A stretch of 63,769 nt of DNA, filler included, from Octopus bimaculoides (Eukaryota), in the NCBI RefSeq assembly GCF_001194135.2. It is 4 parts of 4 records of this genome, joined end to end, with 100 filler letters (N's around TTAATTAATTAA, not from the genome) between each part and the next. Parts side by side here need not be neighbours in the genome. Positions count along the whole stretch, not along the records: positions 1 to 20,972 come from NC_068998.1; positions 21,073 to 48,672 come from NC_068996.1; 2 more parts are not named here. One strand, written 5' to 3'. The position numbers and the translations under genes were made by a program. Shown piece after piece: positions 12,418 through 24,337 of the stretch. The notes beneath the pieces were generated by a model. That model ran no database searches and was not told the origin of the DNA. It was given only the letters and a program-made list of their open reading frames with translations. Each line of letters opens with the position of its first letter. The stretch's first letter is position 1.

Positions 12418-13729
12418 CGTTGGATTTTCTCCGTTTCGACGGGAATATTTCCAATCTTTTTCCCTCTACGGCCATCGAAATGATTGAGGGAAGGTTTTTA
12501 GGAAAACATTTTTAGGAAATCTATGATTTTTCCCCATCTTCTTTTTCTACACGCCTCTCCGGATCGGCTTTAGCCAATTTTTATCTTGCCCTACGAACTT
12601 AAAAACGATGGAAGAAGTCTTTTCTGTAAAAAGAAGAAAAAAAAATTGAAAATATATTCAGACCAGAAAGTATGTGATTTAAAGGAGATTTAACTGTTGT
12701 TTCTAGCACATCCAACGACCACTTGGTACCCTCCGTGTTTTTTGTCGCTCTGATGACATGTATTGATGTTTTTCAATATTTTTCTCCAGATAAACACATT
12801 TTGTAATTTAAATTTTTACCACCCCTCACCTGCATCAATCGAGTTCTTGTGTGTGTATGTGTAAGATAAAAGATCTTTACTAACAGAAATGTATACTATT
12901 AAAATAAAATAATCTTTTACATACAACTTTTAATTCACTGTGGATAAATGCTAGCAATGGCCTTCTCAGGCTCCCCAATAGTAGAAACAAGAGGTGGGGG
13001 TTGAAAGAATTCATAAATTTTCTAAAAATTTTATATTTGTTAAATATGTTTCTTCTTGCTCACATGCACACACACATTTTGAAAATATTTTCAGACGTAA
13101 AGGTGTGTGATTTAAGGGAGACTTAGCTGTTGTTTCTAGCACGTTCCACGACCACTTAGTACCTTCTTCGTTTTTCCCCTACCAGCATCAAGCAAGTCCG
13201 TGTATGTGTGTGTGTGTAAGAAAAAAGCATTCACTAACAGAAAAGTATCCTATAAGAAAAAAATTGAAAATTTAATTTTTTCCTCACTCCTCCTACATGT
13301 TTATTGGAGACCCTGAGACGGTCAATGCTGGGATTTATCCACAGTAAATAAAAAAAAGGTATGTAAAAGATAATTTATTTTAATAGCTTTCTTTTCTATT
13401 ACTAATTATTTTTTTCTTATACACACATACACACGGACTCGCTTGGTGCGGAGTGGATCTTAAAAATTTTAATTACCAAAATTTTTTTTCTTTTTTTTTT
13501 CGCTGGAAAGGCTTCTCCCATCATTTTAAAGTGCGTATTGCGAAAAAAATAGCCAAAATCGGTCTGGAGGGTGGTATAGAAGAGAGGGAGAGTGAAAAGA
13601 AAAAAAAATCATAAATTTTCCAAATTTCTTTTTCATAAAAGTTTCCCCTCCATCATTTCGAAGGCCAGGGTAAAAAAATAAATTAATTAAATTTAAAAAA
13701 ATCCCCGTCGGAACGGAGAAAATCCAGCG
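12418..13729. repeat. Large imperfect inverted repeat (foldback-like non-autonomous element)
   Basis: 12418-12640 pairs with 13490-13729 (tggattttctccgtttcgacggg / cccgtcggaacggagaaaatcca), and 12820-12980 pairs with 13300-13460. The spacer contains a direct copy of part of the left arm. Confidence 0.7.
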
Positions 13730-14554
13730 GGCAAAAAACAGGACTGCCCAAACTCAAGATCTTTAGCGAGACACCACTTAATGTATGAATGTACCGATGC
13801 AACATAGTATGATGCACAACATCCCACTAATAAAGGACAATCGCAGGATGGGTCGAAACGATCGTCGTACAACACAAAGTTATACCAATTCCATCTTGTT
13901 TACTTAATCGATTATCCAGTATATTCAATAGTGAGCAGATGTACCGAATTTTTCAATTCGAGAACTGTTTTGAAATTTTGAACCACAAAAATTGTTTTTA
14001 ATGTAAAGAGAATGAAAAGAAAACCATGATCTTCGATGTTTAAAACACAAATCTAAAAATTCCTTTTAAGAAAAGTCAAAGCTGAAAATTTACGGAAATG
14101 GTAGGAGGGATCGGGGGAGATGTAGTCTGCGATGCTAAAAACATATATGTCCAAAAATCTACGGTTTGTGGCGCACTAGACAATTTGCGACTCTCTTCTA
14201 TAGGAAAGCCAAAGAACTCGTTAGACATGTTAATACATAAAGATAGAATGGTTTTTTTCGATCAGACTTGATATGGAACTCAACAACCATTACGCAACAG
14301 GGGAACGAAAATGTGCAAGAAATAGTCATATATTATTGAAATTATATGCTACTAACTTAAAAATAGATAATGTAGTTCTGGATACATTATCTAAAGAACA
14401 CATACTATATGCCTAGTTGTCTAAGTAAAATAAGTGGGATATAGCTGAAATACAGTTGATTAGATGTCTATTTGTAACTACGATCAAAACAACTACACAT
14501 GCTTCTTCGACAATCTAACAATAATAAGAGCCAAAGTTGGTCACTTTCTTGCGT

Positions 14555-14641
14555 TCTCTGCGCATGCGGACACGGAAGTTTGCATGGGGGCCGTGGACAG
14601 TGTTCAGTGAGAAGGTGGATATAATAAACACAATCTTCAAA
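14555..14641 (+). promoter_or_regulatory. CpG-containing core promoter / 5'UTR of CHMP3
   Basis: NRF1-like TGCGCATGCG (14559-14568) and ETS-like CGGAAGT (14573-14579) lie 60-80 nt upstream of the ATG. There is no TATA box, a housekeeping-type layout. Confidence 0.6.
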
Positions 14642-14686
14642 ATGGGACTATTCGGAAAGACGCCACAGAGATCGCCTAAAGAATCG
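14642..14686 (+). CDS. CHMP3: CHMP3/VPS24 (ESCRT-III) first coding exon
   Basis: AAAATGG start and MGLFGKTPQRSPKES, then a phase-0 donor |GTAAAT after 45 nt. This matches human CHMP3 MGLFGKTQEKPPKEL with the same exon length. Later exons were not found in the window. Confidence 0.85.
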
Positions 14687-14849
14687 GTAAATAGCATGTT
14701 CATCACCGTTTGCTTTCTATTATACTTTTGTTTCCTTTGTTACTCTTCCAACTTCACTCTTTATTATCGTTATGGAACCACTTTGCAATCTATCGACGGC
14801 ATAGAAGTGTGCCCCACCACCGACTTAGTTTCTTCGTAACTTTTAGAGA

Positions 14850-15430
14850 AATGGGCAATTATTTTTTTCATAAAATTTCCTACAAATGCTTTTCAGATGA
14901 CGTAGAATAGATTATATCGGAATTTGTTATGAACATTTTTATGGAGGTTGGTGAGTTTCGGATAATTCACACGTTCAACTTTGTTTCCTTGAAACTTTCA
15001 TAAAAATGAGTATATTTTAATAAATTTTTTACTAATACCTTTGAGATGGTGTAAATTACAATTGTATTAGAATCTGCAAATTTTTTTGAAGGCAGGCAGG
15101 AAGTTTCAGATAATTCACACATCTCGCTACGGATGTAATTTTTTTTCCTTGGTATAATTGTAATCTACATCATCAAAACGTACGAAGAATCAAAGTCAAG
15201 GTGCGCACAATGTCCGCACACACCCACATATTATTTTACACATTAGTTTCCAATATAATCCTATTCTACACCATCTAAAAAGTATTTGTAGAAAATTTTA
15301 TTTAAAAATACCCATTTTTCAGAAAGTAGTAAGGAAACAGTCGAGGCGTGTGAATTACCTGAAACTCCCTTTCTACCCAACTTCGAAAATACTTTTCATA
15401 ACAAATTCCGATATAATCGTAATCTAACCC
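14850..15430. repeat. Inverted array of a ~150-bp unit (MITE/foldback-like)
   Basis: gattatatcggaatttgttatgaa...gataattcacacg at about 14910-14975 is inverted at about 15345-15420. aaaatttcctacaaatgc...gtagaatag at about 14870-14910 is inverted at about 15260-15300. Confidence 0.6.
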
Positions 15431-17104
15431 ATCTGAAACCTTGTCTCCATTTTATCAGAGTTATGAGAAAACAAAGTCAGGAGGCATATGCCTCCTATCA
15501 ACCTACTGTAAATAGCCTCTAATTCTTATGATCATACTCAGCCATCATAAAAAAGGGGGCTACATTACATAAGCAATCTTGGATACCTCTGACGACAGAT
15601 GATCACAGCTAGAATACCGTTGATCATAGATATAAGCAGAGTTGACTTTGGCTGACAGTGGTTGGCTTCATGAGCTAAAGAAGGAGCTTCTACCCCAGGA
15701 GCAGAGAACTAGAGCAAATGATGAAGAACCTATGTGGGATGCATATGTGCTGAGAAAAATAATGAATCATTAATATTGCAGGCAATCTTTGGTTTTAGGT
15801 GCATAAATGTGTGGGAGTGATAATGAAAGCAAACCAAAGATTACCATCTCATAATTTCATAAGTATGCATCTGTATTGTTTTAAACGACGTTTGTTTTTG
15901 TTCTTAATTATTTTAGAGGTTTCATCAAATGACAGTTTCAAATTTGAATGCAGGTGAGGTGAGCAGGAAGTACTGGCTAGAATCAGCTGCTAAACCTTCA
16001 AATCACACCTTATCATCATTGAATAGTATACATTTAAATGCAATATATTTGAAATTCCATAATTGCAAGGTTTGCTCAATGCTTGGCTTCAACCACTCCA
16101 TAATTCATATAGCACCACCAAAAACAACACTGCTCTTAAAATTCATAAATGCATAAAATATGTTAGCATGCTGTAATAAAGGAGTCCTAGCATTTTGAAC
16201 CATTCATGTCCTTTGAAGACACCCTAACATATTGGAAGGATTGGGAATAAACCTGAAGACCATACTTATGTATGTGCAAACACACATACACGGTATGTTA
16301 TTGGAGTATTGAAAGAAAAAAATTTTGACTTGGTTTATTTAAAAACTTCATGAAAGTTGCTATCCTTCGGTAAGGGGATCTTTAATAAGGCAACCTTTTA
16401 CTATAACAAGGTCTGATGATATAGTATGTACACACACATACATATCATCATCATCATCGTTTAACATCTGCTTTCCTTGCTGGCATGAGTTGGACGGTTT
16501 GACTGAGGACTGGTGAGTCAGAGGCTGTACCAGGCTCAATCTGATCTGATCGTTAATATGAACTCAAGCTTTTACATATTATCAAGGTCCACGTATAGTT
16601 GAAATGAACAGAAAATAAGTTACTGATATTTCAGATATTTCAATATCTTCCATTTGATAAATTGATTTGTAATTGATGATTAAATATTGATTATTGAAAT
16701 GTAGGTAATACCTACCTTCAGTTTCAGAGTGTAAAATAACAAGTGAAAAATATAGTAGTTATCACATTTATTTTATGGTTTACAACTGTTTCAACAACAT
16801 ATGGGTGAGAATCACATAATAATAAGTTGGTAGACATGAAAGGGAGCATTGACTGTCATATTGATTGTACAATATTGATTATATTATGAAAGACCCATAG
16901 TCCTCTAGTCATAACCCTGGTGAACAAATAAATATAAGTACAATTGGATGAATTCACCTATATATAGATATATGGAGGATTTGGTTGGGAGGTGTTTAAT
17001 TAATTACAGAAAGAAAGAGTAGTGCAAAACAAGACAGTATACATAACTAAAACTACCTTTTTTTGCACTTCCAACAGAAACCCTTTCTTCCTGTGGGTGA
17101 AGGT

Positions 17105-17405
17105 GCATGGCTTAGTGGTTAGGGTATTCAGTTCATGATGGTGTTGTGAGTTAAATTCCTGATGGCGCGTTGTGTCCTTAAGCAAGATGTTGCTCCAGTC
17201 CACTCAGCTGGTAAGTATGAGTTGTACCTGTATTTCAAAGGGCCAGCCTTGTCACACTCTGTGTTACACTGCATCTCCCTGAGAACTATGTTAAGGGTAC
17301 ACGTGTACGTGGAGTGCTCAGCCACTTGCATGTTAATTTAATAAGCAGACTATACCGTCGATTGGATCAACTGGAGTCCTTGTTGTAACCAACAGAGTGC
17401 CAGTT
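17105..17405 (+). mobile_element. tRNA-derived SINE (family 3)
   Basis: tRNA-like head (ggcttagtggttagg...gagttaaattcc) followed by gttgtgtccttaagcaaga. A related copy is at 60899-61225. Confidence 0.6.
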
Positions 17406-18230
17406 ACTTAGACACCTCCCAAGTCATATTTATTTGTTCATGAGGGTTATGAATAGAGGACTATAATTAACATGACTTAATCATTGCTTCCCTCCATCTT
17501 TACCAACTTTTGCCACCCATATGTTGTTGAAACAACTGTAAAGTGTCAAATAAATGTGATACCAACTCCATTCTTGTTATATCATCAGTCATTATCAACA
17601 TTTTACATCATCTTTCTATGCTGCATGGGATTGGAAAAGTTATGACAGTGACATCAAAAACGTCAGAAATGGGTACTTAAGAAATGGAGGTAGGAGTGTT
17701 AGTATACACCTTGGAGGTGTATACTTAAGTGACCAGGGAGGAGAAAGAATAGGAAAGAGAGGAAGAGCAAAGACATCTAAAGAACCAGAATGACTGGAAA
17801 AAGTGAAAAGAGCAAGGGTATGGTTGTGAAAAAGCAGGGATATTTTTGAGTGAAGAGTGATTGGCAGCAGCAAAGGTGGATAAATGTAAGAGTGCATGAT
17901 GAGATAAAAGCAATGTAGGTGTTTGGTGGTAATAGAAATGTCCCACTGGAAATAGCATACTGGCTGGTGGTACAGCAGAGTTAAGCTAGAGTGTATTATA
18001 TAGAGGGATGAGAATGTTCTAATGCAACCTCTTATGTGGGCTGAGTGAAGAGCAAAAGGTCAGAATGAAGTTAATTATAGTGGATAGGGCAGCCAGCAGC
18101 ATCATACAGCATCACAGTTCTAACAGAAGTGTTGTACAATCTACCCTTTATGATGAGGGAAAGACTTTTGTTATCAACAAGAAGTAATAGTTCCTTGAAC
18201 TTTTACTAACCCATTCATACTGCAGCCACT

Positions 18231-18725
18231 ACATTAATCCCTCAACTATTGCAGGTGTTGCATTCCAAAATTCCCTGCAACAGGTGAATATCCATGAAGT
18301 AGAAACAGTAGTGTACTGTATATTTTTTTATTATTTTTATACATCTAAGCTTTTATAAACTCTCCCCACACTCTTGGGAGTACCTGTGTCTTCTCTATTT
18401 TTGTGGTTGAGGAACATAGTGATGGGCAATTGCTGGTGCTGCCTTTTCTTCTGAAGGAGGTTTTTATAAACTCACATGGCTCCATCGGTTGCATTTCTGA
18501 ACTGCATTGCATGAATCATCTGGGGATCCCAATCTTCCTCCATTCTCTGAAATTCTTTTGTTGTTTTTGCTAGAGTTGAGAGGCATTCTAGTGATAGGCC
18601 GACTTCTTCTTCTCCTAGATCTTCTTCTTCTTCCTCACTTGCTGACTTCGTCATCTCTGTCAGATCTTCATTCGTTAATGGATCTGAGTGGGCCTTGATC
18701 AGATTATTAACGTCCTTAGTAGTCA
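18231..18725 (-). mobile_element. Tigger/pogo 3' portion with TIR
   Basis: TA-ca(t)taatccctcaactat TIR at 18229-18250. The C-terminal peptide TTKDVNNLIKAHSDPLTNEDLTEMTKSASEEEEE...LSLECL is typical of Tigger transposases. Confidence 0.7.
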
Positions 18726-20012
18726 TATTTTTAACTAAGTTCTCGATGATAGCCCTAGGATGGTTACTTGATTTATTTATATACTTTAGGTTCGTTAGGG
18801 GTTTGTGGTATGGTCTATATGTCTCATTCTTAATATCTAACGTTACATCTAAGAAGTTTGCCACTGAAATATCATCTTCGTAAACTATACTCATCCCCAT
18901 TCTACTGAAAAATCTAGCCAGCCTACCCTTAATTCTCTGCAATTCCTGGCTGGAGCAATTCCTAACATACAAAAGGCAGTCATCCCTATATAGACCCCCC
19001 CCCTAACCCTAGGGAATTGATCATTCAATTCGTAAAGGATAAATGATCCCACCATATCAGCTATTTGGGCTGAGTCAGAGCTTCCCATGGGGACATCAAA
19101 GGCCTCTGGTGTATCTTTCCTGATCCATATCCTATCTTTAAAGTTAATGAATGATTTCCTCGCTGCTGTTATTACTTTGAATTCTTCTCTAGTGAGGCCT
19201 GCCTTCTTATGGAAGAACCACATTGCCTTATTTAGTACTATTGGGTTAATTGATCTATAAAAGTTTCCTATATCGAATTGGATGAACTTAGTGTCTTCTT
19301 TGTGCTCGATTGAGTTAAACCAATTTATCACTTGGTCTGTACTAGACCATAATTCTAACTTCAGCTCATTGGTTATTGTAGGTAAATACTTATTAATAAT
19401 GTTCTTGCTTAATACTCCAATGTCTGATTTTGTTGGGCATATGAGTCTTAGTGATGGCTGTGTCCAGAAATTTACTTTATGGTCCTTCAGGATGAATCTT
19501 GGTTCTCTTGGTACCAGCAGTTCTGTCCTATCCGTCAAGTTATACTCCTCCATTATTTCCTTAGTTTGTATGTTAGCTTCCTTGAGTATCTTACTGTTTA
19601 CTATTTTGGAATTCTTCTCTATTTCCTTTTCCAGTAGGTTGTTGTAGTTCTGCTTAGTCAATTTGTATATGTTCCCTGTTTTATCTGATTTCACCAGAAC
19701 TTTGTTGGTATTTTTTATTTCTCTGATGATTCCTTCTATGTATTTCATGTGTGTGTTCATTTTCTGTGACCTATTGAATTTGATGTTTTTTACAACGGAC
19801 CAAATATCTTCTTCAAACTTGTCTAGTCTATGGTTGTAAGGTGGGTTTTTTCTAGATCTAAAAATTCTTGTGTATTTCGGTCCGTCTCCTGATGTGTCCT
19901 TTTGTTTTTCTTTATTATCCCAAAAGTGTGCTCTCCAACGAATTCTATTTATGAAAGAACACGTTTTATGGATGAGCTGCTCCATGTAGATCTTCTTTGG
20001 TGGGATGGGTAT
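18726..20012 (-). mobile_element. Penelope-like element (Naiad-type) RT, nearly intact ORF with one frameshift
   Basis: DIPIP...LIHKTCSFINRIRWRAHFW, KSDKTGNIYK, LKDHK.NF, RLICPTKSDIG, FIQFDIGNFYRSI, FDVPMGSSDSAQIADMVG, then G-run frameshift into GGLYRDD, FLDVTLD, YHKP...YINKSSNHP. Confidence 0.85.
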
Positions 20013-20073
20013 GTCATACATATATATATGTATACATATATATATATATATCGCTACATACACGTATATATAC

Positions 20074-20116
<43 letters not shown>

Positions 20117-20239
20117 AAAATTTAAGGAATGGAGAAAACGCATGTTATAATTGCATACTTTATTCTTACATATGTTTCAAAGGATTACAACTTATGTGAT
20201 CCATAGGGATCTGTTATGTTAAAATTGTAACCTTCTCTT

Positions 20240-20972
20240 ATGCACATACATTCTATACGAATTAGAAGACCAATTCCCAAATGTGAAGGGTGGTCTATAC
20301 AGAGACGATTGTCTATTATACTTAGAGAACACCACAAATCAAAAAATACAAAAAGTTAAAAATAGATTAACTAGGTTTTTTAGTAGAATGGGCTTTGGTA
20401 TAGTATTTGAAGATGAAACATCTATAGCTAACTTCTTGGACGTCACTTTAGATCTACATACTAAAACATTTTTCCCACATCACAAACCCTCCACTAACCT
20501 AAAATATATCAGTAAATCCAGCAATCATCCAAATTCTGTAACGAGAAATTTGGTCAAAAATATTTCACTTCGACTAACCAATCTATCTATGAATGAATGC
20601 ATCTTCAATAAGGAGGCTGAATTTTACAATTTAGCTTTATTAAAAGCAGGTTACAGAGAAAAGGTTAATTATATAGATTCTACTTATGAAACCGATCTGA
20701 GTAATAATAATAATAATAATATTAATAGCAATAGTAATAATGATACAGTTTTTAATTTAAATAATAACAATAAATACGAAGATAACCTCAATCATAAATT
20801 CCTTAACGATAACAACAAGCTTAACATTTTTTCACGAAATAGGGGAAATAACCGTCAAATAAAACCTTGTCTCAAAGATAATAATAAACTAAGACTATTT
20901 ATAAACAATACTGGAAAACATTCTAAACCAGAACCTAATAAAAATGTCTGGGTAATTCTTCCTTTTAGTAAA
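20240..20972 (+). mobile_element. Second Naiad-type Penelope fragment (RT C-terminus/thumb) running into a gap
   Basis: ILYELEDQFPNVKGGLYRDD...FLDVTLD...SKSSNHP...EAEFYNLALLKAGY, an Asn-rich insert, then VWVILPFSK. Confidence 0.8.
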
Positions 20973-21092
20973 NNNNNNNNNNNNNNNNNNNNNNNNNNNN
21001 NNNNNNNNNNNNNNNNTTAATTAATTAANNNNNNNNNNNNNNNNNNNNNNNNNNNNNNNNNNNNNNNNNNNNTATGTGTGTGTGTATATATA

Positions 21093-21155
<63 letters not shown>

Positions 21156-22808
21156 ATATATATGTGTGTGTATATATATATATATATATATGTATACATG
21201 TATATATATTTATATATATATATGCATATACACACACACACAATGGGCTTCTTTCAATTTCTGTCTACCAAATCCACTCACAAGGCTTTGGTTGGTCTGA
21301 GGCAATAGTAGAAGACACTTGCCAAGATGCCATGCAGTGGGACTGAACCAGGAACCATATAGTTGGGTAACAAGCATCTTACCACACAGCCACACTTCCG
21401 CCTATACTCACATTTTTCATATTGAAACAAAGAATTAAAGCAAAGGTTATTTAACATCTTAACCACAGCCCAGAGGTATCATAGAACAGGCATGAACAGA
21501 GACTTAAAAATATTTTCCAAGTTGTAAGTGGATTGCAAGTCACCAACTAAGAAATCTTATTGAGCAGGAAGAATGAATTGCAAAATGTGTAGACATAGTA
21601 ACCAGAATTGAAAAAAAAAAAGAAGAAAATTGTGTGGTCATCGCTGGTTTGATTTTCATAACTGTACTCAGATCTGAGGTACGGCTAAATTTTGACATTT
21701 ACATTGATGTACCACTATGCACTTGAAAAGTAAGCTATTGTGGTATGAATAAATACATTCAAAGGGAGGTAAGTGACTGCAAGGGAGGCAACTGTAGACT
21801 TGTGCTGCATAATTTGTATGTAGGTTTGATTGCTTGAGCATTAGCTTTAGTTTGAGTAAGCTTAATTAAAAGACATGCAATAATTTCAATAGATAATTTA
21901 ATCTCACTATAAAAGTAAAGTGTTATCATTTACAGTGAATCCAAATTGCACGTTTATTGTTAAAAACAGTATACCTTATATTTCATTACACGCATATGCA
22001 CACACAGACGTGTTTCCATCCATCCATCCATCCATCCATATATATAAATANNNNNNNNNNNNNNNNNNNNNNNNNNNNNNNNNNNNNNNNNNNNNNNNNN
22101 NNNNNNNNNNNNNNNNNNNNNNNNNNNNNNNNNNNNNNNNNNNNNNNNNNNNNNNNNNNNNNNNNNNNNNNNNNNNNNNNNNNNNNNNNNNNNNNNNNNN
22201 NNNNNNNNNNNNNNNNNNNNNNNNNNNNNNNNNNNNNNNNNNNNNNNNNNNNNNNNNNNNNNNNNNNNNNNNNNNNNNNNNNNNNNNNNNNNNNNNNNNN
22301 NNNNNNNNNNNNNNNNNNNNNNNNNNNNNNNNNNNNNNNNNNNNNNNNNNNNNNNNNNNNNNNNNNNNNNNNNNNNNNNNNNNNNNNNNNNNNNNNNNNN
22401 NNNNNNNNNNNNNNNNNNNNNNNNNNNNNNNNNNNNNNNNNNNNNNNNNNNNNNNNNNNNNNNNNNNNNNNNNNNNNNNNNNNNNNNNNNNNNNNNNNNN
22501 NNNNNNNNNNNNNNNNNNNNNNNNNNNNNNNNNNNNNNNNNNNNNNNNNNNNNNNNNNNNNNNNNNNNNNNNNNNNNNNNNNNNNNNNNNNNNNNNNNNN
22601 NNNNNNNNNNNNNNNNNNNNNNNNNNNGTAGTTTAGAATCAGTAGTTTTTTGACTGCTATTTCTAAATTTTCAGCTCAATGCTAATCCCTGTATATTTAC
22701 GATGATAAATGATTTTACCGATAAAGGTTTTTTTCATACTGAACTACTTGGCAAAATTGTTAATTATTAATTCTATTACTAATTGACGATTCCCTGCCCT
22801 TATTCTTG

Positions 22809-22844
<36 letters not shown>

Positions 22845-22846
22845 TA

Positions 22847-24051
22847 GCGTGTTTGGAAAGTAAGTGTTTTTTGCCACTATGAAATATGACTCAACCAATC
22901 ACTTCAGAACCAAAGTCGAATAGGCAAGAACTGTCTAGAAATAGTATATCATCTCTTCTATCAGGCAGTGTGTCATTCATAGTTATTTCAGTAATTAACC
23001 TCATGGAGGATAAGGACTTTACGAACCAGTATACATATTCGTCATTGCTTACTGCATGAGTTTCAAAAGAAAAGAACCCCTTACAGAAGCAATGAAAAAC
23101 ATCTGTGAAATGTTTCTGGATGCAGTGAAAGCTTGTACATGTCAGCTGTGGTTTAAGGTTTAAAGATGGTAATTGTGAAATATCTGACAGGCCCTGCTCT
23201 GGAAGATGATTCACTCTTAACGATGACCTTTTAAATGAGACTAATGTATTAGATCCACGTGAAGACACCAAAGATTTGGCACAAGAATTTAATGTGTCAT
23301 GTTCAACTATTCATCACAAGCAAATTCGGAAAACATGCAAAGAGGGAACCAAACACAATAATCTACCATTTGTAGTAGTCTTCTAACCAGGAATTAAAAA
23401 GCTGTTATTTCTGCAGTGCATTGTTGCAGGTGGATGAAAAATGGGTTTTGCATGACAACAGAAAACAAAAAAAAAAAAACACAATCATTGAAACCAGAAC
23501 TCCTTCCACAACAAATATCACTGCTCTGTGCTTGGTGGAACATGAAAGGTATCATCCATTATGAGCTGTTGGAACATGAAAGGACCATCAGTGCAGATGT
23601 CTATTGCTAACAACTTGATTGGGTAAATGAAAAATTATGTCAAAAGTGACCAGCTTTGGTAAACAGAATAGGTCTTATTCTCCAGCATGACAATGCATGG
23701 CCACATTCTTCAGAACAAACCCAAGAAAAATTAAGATTGTTAGGATAGGAAGTTCTACATCCTCCAGACTCACCTGACTTGGTACCTACAGACTTCCATC
23801 TGTTCTGATCATTAGAACATTTTATAAGAGACAAAACATTCAGAAACAGAGAGGAAGTTCAAAACAGTCTTTCAGACATTTTCAGGAAAGGAAAATGTTT
23901 CTTTGAACATGGCATTAAAAAATGACTTTCTCGTTGGGCTGCAGTTTTTGAAAACAATGGTATTTACATTCGTGATTAAAACTATTCAGATAAATGTTGT
24001 TTACATGTTTTTACATCCATTCTGGTAAAACACAGTTACTTTCCAAAAACT
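22847..24051 (+). mobile_element. Mariner transposon, decayed, about 1.2 kb
   Basis: TIRs gtttggaaagtaa / ttactttccaaaaac with TA context. Transposase remnants WF.RFKDG...SGR, DEKW, LCAWWNMKGIIHYELL, LQHDNAWPH, HPPDSPDLVPTDFHLF (DD34D type). Confidence 0.85.
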
Positions 24052-24292
24052 TATATATATATATATTGTTGCTATTATGCAAAAGTGTTGTAAGTCCAAA
24101 ATGTTGCTTTTTCAGAAAATGAAAAAATAGTTTCACCATTCCATAGCAAAACAACTGTACTACGCTTTGACAATTTTTGATATCTTGGCATCTGAAGCAG
24201 GTGGGGATACAATAGCAGAAAATAAATATTGAAAAAAATGCATTTGGCCAAATTTGGATATACGACAGTTTAACATAATAGCATCGAGATAT

Positions 24293-24337
<45 letters not shown>

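Noticed and set aside
14090-14235. 50-codon minus-strand ORF suggesting a divergent gene from a bidirectional CHMP3 promoter
   Set aside because: No recognisable protein; unsupported without expression data.
15917-15958. Short AG...GT exon-like segment downstream of CHMP3 exon 1
   Set aside because: No CHMP3 similarity in any frame; it cannot be supported without RNA data.
21017-21028. TTAATTAATTAA islands between N runs (also 48717-48728 and 62634-62645)
   Set aside because: Identical 12-mer flanked by fixed-length N blocks. This is an assembly linker (stops in all frames), not biology.
21755-21776. ATTCAAAGGGAG|gtaagt (IQRE) as a possible CHMP3 exon
   Set aside because: There is no acceptor or open frame upstream, and the boundary does not match CHMP3 exon structure.
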